A DNA stretch of 32,000 nt from Promethearchaeum syntrophicum (GCF_008000775.2 NZ_CP042905.2:3240001-3272000); one strand, 5' to 3'; numbered from the stretch's first letter, positions 8,231 to 16,176 are shown. The notes: a model not told the origin generated them from the sequence alone. Made by a program: numbers and translations.

Positions 8231-10177
8231 ATGAGTCGAGTTTTTGAAAAAATTGTCTCTGGGAAGCCCGGAGAAAGAAGATTTTTCCTGGGAAACGAAG
8301 CAATTGCTCGTGGAGCATTAGAAAGTGGTATTGACGTTTATACATTTTATCCAGGAACACCATCCAGTGATGTCGGTGAAATTTTTATGGAAATTTTTCG
8401 CGATGCAGGGATGAAATGGACAGAAACCAGTATCAATGAAAAAGTGGCTTTGGAAGTGGCAGGGTCTGCGTATGCTCGTGGAGCTAAATCCATGTGCGGA
8501 ATGAAGAATGTAGGCTTAAATGTAGCATCCGACCCATTTTTCGCTCTTGCTACGACCAAACCAAAAAATGAGAATTCGGCAATGGTTGTGCTCGTGGCTG
8601 ATGATCCTGAACAGCATTCCAGTGCAGTTGAAATGGATTCTCGACATTTTCTTAAACTTCTTAAAGTCCCAGCATTAGAACCGGGCAATGCTCAAGAATG
8701 CTTGGAATTCACCAAGGAAGCTTTTAGGATCTCCAAAAAATTGAAAATTCCCGTAATTTTAAGAACGGTAACAAATGTAGCTCATGCAAGAGGTGGTGTT
8801 GAATTAGGAGAAATCCAAAAATCAGAAATAAAAGATGTATTCGATCTTTCAAAAGAAGTAAACGTAGCTTCCAGATTATATTTCTTAGAATTAAAAAATG
8901 AACAAATTTTCAACAGGATGCATCAAGCACTGGAGATCTCAGAAAACACGCCCCTAAATTTCATTGCAAACGATCAAAGTGAAAACGAGTATCAATTTGG
9001 AATCATTACAAGTGGAGTTTCCTTCAGTTATGTTAATGAAGCTCTTGAGTTTTTAAATCTAACTGCGCCCATATTAAAAATTGGGATGATTAATCCTTTA
9101 CCCGAGCAAAAAATAGCCAATTTCTTAGGAAAGTTCAAGCAAATATTGATTGTTGAAGAAAATGACCCGTATTTAGAAACACAAATTTTAGGTATTGCTC
9201 ACAAGCATAAAATAGAAGTTAAGATTTTTGGAAAAGATCCATATTCTTATCAAAAAGATGACGCTTTACTTCCTCAAGTGGGTGAATTGGATCCAACAAA
9301 AGTGGCATTAGCTATCGCAAAAATTACAAAAATAACCCCAAAATTAGATTTACAGAAAATTATCAATACAAAATATGATGTTATGAAAAGAAAACCAGTT
9401 TTATGTCCTGGTTGCCCTCATATGACGACTGGATTTTCATTGACTAAAGCTGTTAAACGCATTAAAAATAAAACCAAAAAAGAAGTGTATTTCTTTCAGG
9501 ATATCGGCTGCTATACCCTTTTGGCGTTCCCTCCCTTGGGATTTGCCAATGTCAAATATTGTATGGGTTCAAGTATAGCTTTAGCACAAGGAGTTGCACA
9601 AACCAGTGACAGCCTAAATATTGCGATGATTGGTGATGGTACGTTCTTTCACAGTGGTCTCCCTCCATTAATCAATGCAGTGTATCAAAATGCGCCGATA
9701 TTATTACTTCTCCTTGATAATGGATGGATCGGTATGACTGGCCAACAATGTGATGCTGGAACTAATACAGAACATTATTCTGAAGGAAAATATAAAACCC
9801 GAATTCCATTGGAAAAAGTTGTGGAATCCATTGGGGCTAAATTAGATATTTACCGAAAAAGAGATGATGGGGAAAAAAATACGCGTCGTTTAACAAAACT
9901 CATAGAAGAAGCGGGAATAGATGTTATCGAAAATCGGAATACACATGTAATTCTAATTCAAGATGAATGCATCCAGAAATCTAAAAAGAGATACACAGGT
10001 TTAGTTCGAGAAGTTGATCGAGATAAATGTATTAATTGTGGAACATGTTACAGACAACTTGCTTGCCCCGCTATAAGCGTTCGCGATGAAAAATCAGATA
10101 TAGATCCGGGTTTATGTTTAGGATGTGGAATATGTGAGGAAGTGTGTCCAGCAAAAGCGATTGGAGTGAAAAAATAA
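8231..10177 (+). CDS. iorA: Indolepyruvate:ferredoxin oxidoreductase alpha subunit
   Basis: GNEAIARGALESGIDVYTFYPGTPSSDV N-terminus, TPP motif GDGTFFHSG, and two C-terminal [4Fe-4S] motifs CINCGTCYRQLACP and CLGCGICEEVCP. Confidence 0.92.
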   Translation: MSRVFEKIVSGKPGERRFFLGNEAIARGALESGIDVYTFYPGTPSSDVGEIFMEIFRDAGMKWTETSINEKVALEVAGSAYARGAKSMCGMKNVGLNVASDPFFALATTKPKNENSAMVVLVADDPEQHSSAVEMDSRHFLKLLKVPALEPGNAQECLEFTKEAFRISKKLKIPVILRTVTNVAHARGGVELGEIQKSEIKDVFDLSKEVNVASRLYFLELKNEQIFNRMHQALEISENTPLNFIANDQSENEYQFGIITSGVSFSYVNEALEFLNLTAPILKIGMINPLPEQKIANFLGKFKQILIVEENDPYLETQILGIAHKHKIEVKIFGKDPYSYQKDDALLPQVGELDPTKVALAIAKITKITPKLDLQKIINTKYDVMKRKPVLCPGCPHMTTGFSLTKAVKRIKNKTKKEVYFFQDIGCYTLLAFPPLGFANVKYCMGSSIALAQGVAQTSDSLNIAMIGDGTFFHSGLPPLINAVYQNAPILLLLLDNGWIGMTGQQCDAGTNTEHYSEGKYKTRIPLEKVVESIGAKLDIYRKRDDGEKNTRRLTKLIEEAGIDVIENRNTHVILIQDECIQKSKKRYTGLVREVDRDKCINCGTCYRQLACPAISVRDEKSDIDPGLCLGCGICEEVCPAKAIGVKK

Positions 10178-10785
10178 TGTCAGATGAAAAATTAGAAACG
10201 TATTCTATAGTATTTACTGGAATTGGAGGACAAGGTCTGATAAGTTCAATAAGGATTCTAGGGGATGCATTATTAGCCAAAAATTTTCATGCTATTAGTT
10301 CAGAAACTCACGGTTTAGGTCAAAGAGGAGGTAAGGTGAATACCTATATCAGGTTTGGTACTAAAAGAATAGCCCCTCTCCCATTAAGAGGTACTGTCGA
10401 TATGATCTTTGCAACAGAAAAATCGGCTATTTTGGATGTTCTAAATTATGCAAAACCGGATAAATCAACAAAAATCTTGATTTCAACTTATGAAAAACGA
10501 ATTGTAGACAAAATATATCCTGATCAAGAATATATCGAGGATGCCCTTAAAAGGAGTAGCGAAGATAAACATATTCATTATATTGAGGCAAATAAAATCG
10601 CACAAGACACCATCCACAACACTCGAACTGAAAATACTATAATGATTGGCTATATGTTGCGATTTATTCCGTTGGATAAGGAGGATATTGAAAAAATCCT
10701 CAGAAAATATTTTTCAAGAAAGGTGTTAGACGCAAATTTGAAAGCATTAGAGATAGGAATATCGTTAAGTCTCGAACAAATTTAA
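10177..10785 (+). CDS. iorB: Indolepyruvate:ferredoxin oxidoreductase beta subunit
   Basis: FTGIGGQGLIS motif. I place the start at the ATG at 10177, which overlaps the iorA stop (TAATG). The track start at 10144 lies inside iorA. Confidence 0.85.
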   Translation: MSDEKLETYSIVFTGIGGQGLISSIRILGDALLAKNFHAISSETHGLGQRGGKVNTYIRFGTKRIAPLPLRGTVDMIFATEKSAILDVLNYAKPDKSTKILISTYEKRIVDKIYPDQEYIEDALKRSSEDKHIHYIEANKIAQDTIHNTRTENTIMIGYMLRFIPLDKEDIEKILRKYFSRKVLDANLKALEIGISLSLEQI

Positions 10786-10786
10786 A

Positions 10787-11308
10787 CTATTCATCATTTG
10801 AAGTTAGGGCTGATGTTGAATCAACTTGAGGTATGTCAGTTTCAAAGAACAAACGCTCTTCCTCCTTTAAAATTCTGGCAATTACTACCGTATTTGTTCG
10901 TTCTATTAAATTTGAAGTTCTCATTTCTTCTAGTTTATTCATCAATTCCTCCCGATTAATCGCTCGAACCATGATGATGAAATCGTTATCGCCAAGTACG
11001 TTGTAAATAGCCCAAACCCCTTGGATTTTTGCCAATTCTTTTCCTACTTTCTCAACATAATTCTTACTATATTTTGCTCGGATGTGAATGATTGCTTGGA
11101 AATCATCCCCTAATCGCGCAAAATTTACCTTTGCGTGATATCCCTCAATTATATTTTCAGATTTTAGTCTTTTCATCCGATAATGAACTGTAGATTTAGA
11201 GATATCTAATAATTTTGCGATTTTGTTTAAAGGAACTGTGCAATCTTTTTGTAATATGTTTAAAATCTTCTTATCCGTTTCATCAAGCAAACTTCTGGTT
11301 TTGGTCAT
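10787..11308 (-). CDS. lrp: Lrp/AsnC family transcriptional regulator
   Basis: LDETDKKILNILQKDCTVPLNKIAKLLDISKSTVHYRMKRLKSENII forms the HTH, followed by a RAM-like domain (FQAIIHIRAK...FIIMVRA). Convergent with iorB. Confidence 0.85.
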   Translation of the reverse strand: MTKTRSLLDETDKKILNILQKDCTVPLNKIAKLLDISKSTVHYRMKRLKSENIIEGYHAKVNFARLGDDFQAIIHIRAKYSKNYVEKVGKELAKIQGVWAIYNVLGDNDFIIMVRAINREELMNKLEEMRTSNLIERTNTVVIARILKEEERLFFETDIPQVDSTSALTSNDE

Positions 11309-11437
11309 ATAATACCTTCAATTTTTATAAAATACCAATAGTATTCAATTAATTTTTCTAATTTATAGATATTTCCCAAATCTAAAGGGTTGATATAAAT
11401 TTATATGCTTAATTAGATGTATTTTAGATAGAATCAA

Positions 11438-11848
11438 ATGCAGCAATCTGTAAAAAATACTCGTTTAAATCTATTAAAATCTGATGAGTATATAATTAAA
11501 CTTTTAAATTCAATAAAAAATGATCACGATATATTAGCTGCAGTGGTTTTTGGAAGTTTTTTAACTAAAAATTCATATCGGGATATAGATATTTGCTTAT
11601 TCTCATTCAAATGTGAGATTGATCAAAGTGTAGAATTAAAATATCGGTTATTACTTCCTGAAAAATATGACGTTCGTTTTTTTTCAAAATTCCCATTATA
11701 TATTCAATCTGAAATAATGGAAACAGGAGAAATTATTTTCAATAAGCAACAAGATGCTTTATTTGATATATATTACAAAAAAATCAAAGAATTCAATTTA
11801 TTCTATCCTCATTTTAAGACTTATTTGGAAGCGGTAAAAAATAGTTGA
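11438..11848 (+). CDS. mntA: Minimal nucleotidyltransferase (MNT antitoxin-type)
   Basis: AAVVFGSFLTKNSYRDIDICLF NTase motif. It also shares YD(I/V)R.F...P..IQ..I with the MNT at 7227-7655. Confidence 0.8.
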   Translation: MQQSVKNTRLNLLKSDEYIIKLLNSIKNDHDILAAVVFGSFLTKNSYRDIDICLFSFKCEIDQSVELKYRLLLPEKYDVRFFSKFPLYIQSEIMETGEIIFNKQQDALFDIYYKKIKEFNLFYPHFKTYLEAVKNS

Positions 11849-12245
11849 AGATAATCAACGAATTTTAATAAAAATTGCAGAATTAGAAAATTACATAGGA
11901 GATTTCACTAAAATCGTTCCTAAAACGGAGGAAGAATATTTAACATCAAGAAAAAACCATTTAGCCCTTGAAAGGTTATTCCAGATTTGTATTGAGATAG
12001 TAATAGATATATGCGCTATTCTTATCAATAAATTTAAATTAGGAGTGCCTGCTAATGAAGAAAATATTCTTGATTTCCATATGGGAAAAATAGATAACAT
12101 TGAATATTTAAAAGATATGAAAAAATTTAGGAATTTTATAGTTCATAAATATGGAGAATTTAATAACCAGCTTGTTTTCCGATACGCTACTGAGAAAAAG
12201 GAAGATTTTAACAATTTTATTGGAAATATAAGAAAAACTATTTAA
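11841..12245 (+). CDS. hepT: HEPN-domain protein, DUF86/HepT family; start codon unresolved
   Basis: The frame is open from 11838 to 12245, and my translation (EDNQRILIKIAELENYIGDF...LALERLFQICIEIVIDICAILINK...FRNFIVHKYGEF) is HepT-like throughout, with the R-X4-H motif. The first ATG/GTG/TTG in frame is the GTG at 12045, which is the track ORF start. Confidence 0.6.
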   Translation: MVEDNQRILIKIAELENYIGDFTKIVPKTEEEYLTSRKNHLALERLFQICIEIVIDICAILINKFKLGVPANEENILDFHMGKIDNIEYLKDMKKFRNFIVHKYGEFNNQLVFRYATEKKEDFNNFIGNIRKTI

Positions 12246-12252
12246 TAAAACA

Positions 12253-13140
12253 TTACATCCTTCTAAGATTTTTATGCTTCCATTTACCCACATCAGGATT
12301 TGCAATTAAATCATCCAAAATTCTAAGAATTTTTTCTTTATCCTTTCCGATATTGTCTGATTGGACATATGTATAGTTGGAAACGTGATCATTTCGTAAA
12401 GCAGAAGTTAAACTGGAAGATAATTGGGCAATTATTGAGCGCTCTTCCTTTAGAATTTCTAATGGGGAGAGAATTTCAAAGGTTTTGGCTTCAATATCTT
12501 CTTTTAATGGGGCATTAGGCATTATATTTAGAGTACGGAAACGGAAAAAAGTCGGATTCACAGCATTTAACACGCGAGCCGTTTCATCAGCATGAATTAT
12601 TGTCAACTTTTTTCCCCCTAATCCTAATATAATGTATAAAGAAGCTTGAATTCCTGCCCTCATTAAACGAGGAATTTCCTTAATCATCATTTTTGAAGTC
12701 TGCCCCTTTTTCATATTTTTTAATACTGTATCACTGCCCGTTTCCATTCCAATATAGCAAATAGTAAGACCAGCTTGAGCTAATTGTCTTAATTCTTCAT
12801 CAGATTTGTGGGATATATCTAAAATCTTCGCATAAATACTTATTCGTTTAAAAAAAGGAAAATTTTGTCTTATTTCATGCAAAACTAGTAATAAATAATC
12901 GGTAGGAACAGAAAGTGCATTTCCACCAGCTAAGAAAATATAAGGACTATTCGGATTGTATTTTCCCGCAATTTTTATATCTTTAAGGACATTATCAAGT
13001 TTTCTTATTTTATAATCTTGAAGATTTTTATAAACTCCACAAAATCGACAACGATTCCATGAACATCCCCCCGTGATTGGAATTAAAACGGAATAAGCCT
13101 CAATAGGAGGCCTAATAACTATTTGATCGGGAGGAAGCAT
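12253..13140 (-). CDS. Radical SAM domain protein of uncharacterised function (CX4CX2C cluster motif)
   Basis: IRPPIEAYSVLIPITGGCSWNRCRFCGVY near the N-terminus, followed by GGNAL and GMETGSD (TIM-barrel radical SAM pattern). Confidence 0.8.
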   Translation of the reverse strand: MLPPDQIVIRPPIEAYSVLIPITGGCSWNRCRFCGVYKNLQDYKIRKLDNVLKDIKIAGKYNPNSPYIFLAGGNALSVPTDYLLLVLHEIRQNFPFFKRISIYAKILDISHKSDEELRQLAQAGLTICYIGMETGSDTVLKNMKKGQTSKMMIKEIPRLMRAGIQASLYIILGLGGKKLTIIHADETARVLNAVNPTFFRFRTLNIMPNAPLKEDIEAKTFEILSPLEILKEERSIIAQLSSSLTSALRNDHVSNYTYVQSDNIGKDKEKILRILDDLIANPDVGKWKHKNLRRM

Positions 13141-13244
13141 GTAACCTAATATAAAGCGAAGAAACTTTTAACTAATATGATAATATTGAAAAAAGTTCAA
13201 AATTACGAACATTTTAAATTATGAAAATTCGTTGGATTAATTAG

Positions 13245-14210
13245 ATGAATAGTAAAGATTCTATTGACTCAAAAAAAATTCAAGATCTGAAACGGATTTT
13301 TTTAAATTATACTCATTTTTCCGAGAAATATAGAATCACCACTCTTCAAAACTATTCAGGAATTTGTAATAGAGAATATTATGAAGTATTAATTCTTGCT
13401 TTGAATGATTCAAGCAGATATATTCGAAATTTTATAATTGATATTCTTGAAAAAAAAAAGGATTTTCCTCTTGAAAAATATCTGACAACTTATTCGCGTT
13501 TAAGGAGAAATTCAATTGCTAGACTTATGGGGAGATTGTATCCTGAATTTAAACGGAAGAAACCGTACCAAATTATAAGAGAATTAAGTGTCCAAAGACG
13601 ATCTGAATGTATATTAAAATATATTGATCAAATTGTGTCTGAAGTAGATTCGAACAAAATATTCCATGCTGCGATCTCCCTGGAATTAATTGGGGATTTT
13701 CGCGCAATATCAATTCTACGCCAAACTACATCAATAACATCAATATTGGAATCTCAACTCAATCGACATATGAATAAACACGATGATTATTCAACATTTA
13801 TAGTTATTTTGCGTTATTGTCAAAATTCTAATGATGAAAATCTTAAAAAGCAAATTTTCAAACATTATATACAAGATTTATTACGAATTGCCAATGATTA
13901 CGAATTTTCAGAAGTTTTTATACAAATTTTTAACGATTTAGGATTATTGGGAAATCTAATATATAATGTTCATCAATTATCTTTAAACCAAAAGATAATA
14001 AAAACATTAAATTATTCTGTAGGATCTTTAGCCTATAAAACTATGCTGGTTATATTTTCAGCCGAATACCCATCAAGTTTTCAAGAATTAGAACATATCA
14101 GATCGGAAATTTCAGATCCGGAAAAAAAAGAAAAAATTGATCAAATTAGTAAATCTCTACTTAAGAATTTCAAGGTAAATCTAAATTCTGGATATCCCTT
14201 ATTTTTATGA
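13245..14210 (+). CDS. Hypothetical alpha-helical repeat protein (weak HEAT-like signatures)
   Basis: 321-aa ORF. LNDSSRYIRNFIIDIL and HAAISLELIGDFRAISIL resemble HEAT/PBS-lyase repeats. No catalytic motif recognised. Confidence 0.5.
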   Translation: MNSKDSIDSKKIQDLKRIFLNYTHFSEKYRITTLQNYSGICNREYYEVLILALNDSSRYIRNFIIDILEKKKDFPLEKYLTTYSRLRRNSIARLMGRLYPEFKRKKPYQIIRELSVQRRSECILKYIDQIVSEVDSNKIFHAAISLELIGDFRAISILRQTTSITSILESQLNRHMNKHDDYSTFIVILRYCQNSNDENLKKQIFKHYIQDLLRIANDYEFSEVFIQIFNDLGLLGNLIYNVHQLSLNQKIIKTLNYSVGSLAYKTMLVIFSAEYPSSFQELEHIRSEISDPEKKEKIDQISKSLLKNFKVNLNSGYPLFL

Positions 14211-14326
14211 TTCATCAAATAATCAATTCAAAACATTTTTTAAGATGTATTTAGATAAAAATAATAGCAAATTCTAGATGAATTGCACTGATTTTTCAAA
14301 AAAAAAAAAAAATTTGTTGACTAATT

Positions 14327-14506
14327 GTGAATCGACAATTCGATGAAGATATAAATACTTTTAAGAAGTCTAATTCTAGAAAGAATAAAAAAACACGAGT
14401 TAGACCTCAAGGAAAACCGATAAAGCCTAAAACTAAACCTCGAGATAATGATTATCATCTAAAGGCTAGAGAGAAAAAATTTATTGATAAAACTTTATGG
14501 GAGTAA
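14327..14506 (+). CDS. Possible small, highly basic protein (59 aa)
   Basis: My own translation from the GTG: MNRQFDEDINTFKKSNSRKNKKTRVRPQGKPIKPKTKPRDNDYHLKAREKKFIDKTLWE. Too short for the ORF track. It is followed by a T10 run at 14521-14530. No family recognised. Confidence 0.2.
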   Translation: MNRQFDEDINTFKKSNSRKNKKTRVRPQGKPIKPKTKPRDNDYHLKAREKKFIDKTLWE

Positions 14507-14603
14507 ATATTAACTTCTCTTTTTTTTTTATAGTTTCTAATAATCTCTCTTGTCAATTTCAAGCACCCACAGGAGATTAAAACAAGAAAAACAATCATCA
14601 GAT

Positions 14604-14700
14604 ACCTAAAATTCTGTTAAGGTGTTGTAGAGTCAAAATTTTGGACATTTTGTTAATTTTGCGGACTTTTTCTAACTAAAAATGTTTTGAGGATAGTTAG
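14604..14700. repeat. Copy X of a ~95-nt repeated noncoding element (degenerate hairpin)
   Basis: The core at 14627-14651 matches 16103-16127 at 23/25 positions. The flanks are weakly similar (ACC.TAAA.TT on the 5' side; AGGAT.AGT.AG on the 3' side). Confidence 0.6.
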
Positions 14701-14796
14701 AAATGTGAAAAGTAAATCAATAATTGAATTAAAAAAAAAAAATCCGAAGAATTATTTTATAAATGTTTTAACGCAATATGCAATGCAAGACGAAAT

Positions 14797-15579
14797 TTAT
14801 ACGAAGTACATGTCTCCAATGGTGTATGCATCATAGAGAGTGGCATCACCATTTGTATTTGCATCAAATGTTTCACAAGCATAATTTCCTATTCCTTCCG
14901 CGGTATCATATCCTAAGTCGATTGCCTCCATAGCATAATAAGTAAAGATACCATTTGCCATAGTTGCATCACCATCATATGTATATGTTCTGGTGGTTGA
15001 GCCGATTGCGCCCACCCAACCTCCGTTTAACAACTCAACCATTGTTCCTTGGAGACATGCATCATCAAAGAAAAACACATGTTCGCTTTGGAAAGTGTCC
15101 GTAATAGGTTTAATTTCAGATACGTAAACCCCAGCCAATTCCCAAGAGACCAAGCAAGATTCTTCGTATGTACGCGAATACGATCCATGGCCTGAGTAAC
15201 AAATTGCTATTGAATCTCCTGCCTCGTCTTCGAGATCAGCAATGTCTTGAAGAGCCCCAAGAATTGCAGCTTCAGTTGCTTGTGTATCAATCAGTAAGAT
15301 GATTTCATAGCCCAAAGCATCGAAATAATTGTACCAATCATAAGCATCATCATCGCAATAAGTTAAATCGTTGACTGTTCCGTCATAATCGCTAATTCCG
15401 ATTATTAATGCATATTTTTGTCCGGTTAAAGGTGCTCCACCTTCCGGTAGGGGCGGAGGGATATATGTGTTACCACCCTTACCGTTACCTCGAATGGTAG
15501 TTCCAGAAGCCCCCGTTACCATCACAATAGGTAAGATCACCAAGAACGCTAATAACCCCGCTAAATATTGTTTTTTCAT
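14797..15579 (-). CDS. Secreted caspase-fold cysteine peptidase (clan CD; C14 metacaspase/orthocaspase-like or C13-like)
   Basis: Signal-peptide-like N-terminus MKKQYLAGLLAFLVILPIVMVTGASG. KYALIIGISDY, then the His motif AICYSGHGS (H codon 15187-15189) and the Cys motif FFFDDACLQG (C codon 15055-15057), in the order and spacing of the caspase His-Cys dyad. I prefer the ATG at 15579 over the track TTG at 15591. Confidence 0.75.
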   Translation of the reverse strand: MKKQYLAGLLAFLVILPIVMVTGASGTTIRGNGKGGNTYIPPPLPEGGAPLTGQKYALIIGISDYDGTVNDLTYCDDDAYDWYNYFDALGYEIILLIDTQATEAAILGALQDIADLEDEAGDSIAICYSGHGSYSRTYEESCLVSWELAGVYVSEIKPITDTFQSEHVFFFDDACLQGTMVELLNGGWVGAIGSTTRTYTYDGDATMANGIFTYYAMEAIDLGYDTAEGIGNYACETFDANTNGDATLYDAYTIGDMYFV

Positions 15580-16080
15580 TATTCTCACCAAAAAATCGAC
15601 ATGATTGAAAGCGAAAGTTCGTAATATTTAGTTTCAGTTGCATTGCCTCAATCGACATTGATTTTTTTTACAACATCACTTTAAATTTTATGATTATTTA
15701 TGCAAAATTTAAGTGATAATTTAACGAAGATACAAAGATGTATTTAAATCCAATGTATTTTTATTACGTTGTTTTATTAACCTATTAATCAAGAGGGAAA
15801 AAATTAATTACAAAGTGGATTTCCGAATCAAAAACGAGCAATTTGCTATCCCTTCCCTCTCCAAACCAAGAACTAAAGAATCATTTGAGGAATCGAATCA
15901 TTAAAAAAACCCCCAAATATTCATGAGATCCAGAAAAACTCTCCAAAATCGTGATAAAAGTACAATTGGCTAGAATTTTTATTTCATATCAGCCAGGTTG
16001 TTGTTCAAGTTTTCATTTGAGACTCTCTCAATTATAAGCTTCCTTAGGGTTTGAAAAAAGGAAAAAATGGTCATAGGTTT

Positions 16081-16176
16081 ACCATAAATTAGTAATTGGG
16101 AAGTAGAGTCAAAAATTTGGATATTTTTTTGACTTTACTGACCTAGACCGGGTTAAAACGTTATAGGATTAGTCAG
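16081..16176. repeat. Copy Y of the repeated noncoding element; near-perfect 14-bp-arm inverted repeat
   Basis: AGTAGAGTCAAAAA (16102-16115) pairs with TTTTTGACTTTACT (16126-16139) with one G-T position and a 10-nt spacer. It abuts the fprA stop codon. Confidence 0.6.

Noticed and set aside
10144-10176. Track start of iorB at 10144 (MSSKSDWSEKI...)
   Set aside because: These 11 codons lie inside iorA. The ATG at 10177 overlaps the iorA stop (TAATG) and gives the usual short lead-in to GIGGQG.
10071-10280. 69-aa minus-strand ORF across the iorA/iorB junction
   Set aside because: It is antisense to two strongly supported genes and shows no recognisable motif.
11891-12305. Minus-strand ORFs 11891-12100 and 12108-12305
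   Set aside because: Both are antisense to the HepT-like frame, whose R-X4-H motif and family-like sequence explain the region. The antisense products are Ile/Leu/Ser-rich with no motif.
14797-15579. Elevated GC of the caspase-like gene as evidence for horizontal transfer
   Set aside because: Hand counts of six 60-nt lines give about 41% GC. A sampled iorA line gives about 45%, so conserved enzyme genes in this window are equally GC-rich. The contrast is only with very AT-rich hypothetical and methyltransferase genes, so it is not a valid anomaly.
14211-16168. tRNA, C/D-box sRNA or other known RNA genes in the two long spacers
   Set aside because: I saw no GC-rich cloverleaf-type stems and no RUGAUGA...CUGA box pairs (the closest is GTGATAA at about 15950 with no D box). 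Only the repeated hairpin element stands out, and it is reported separately.
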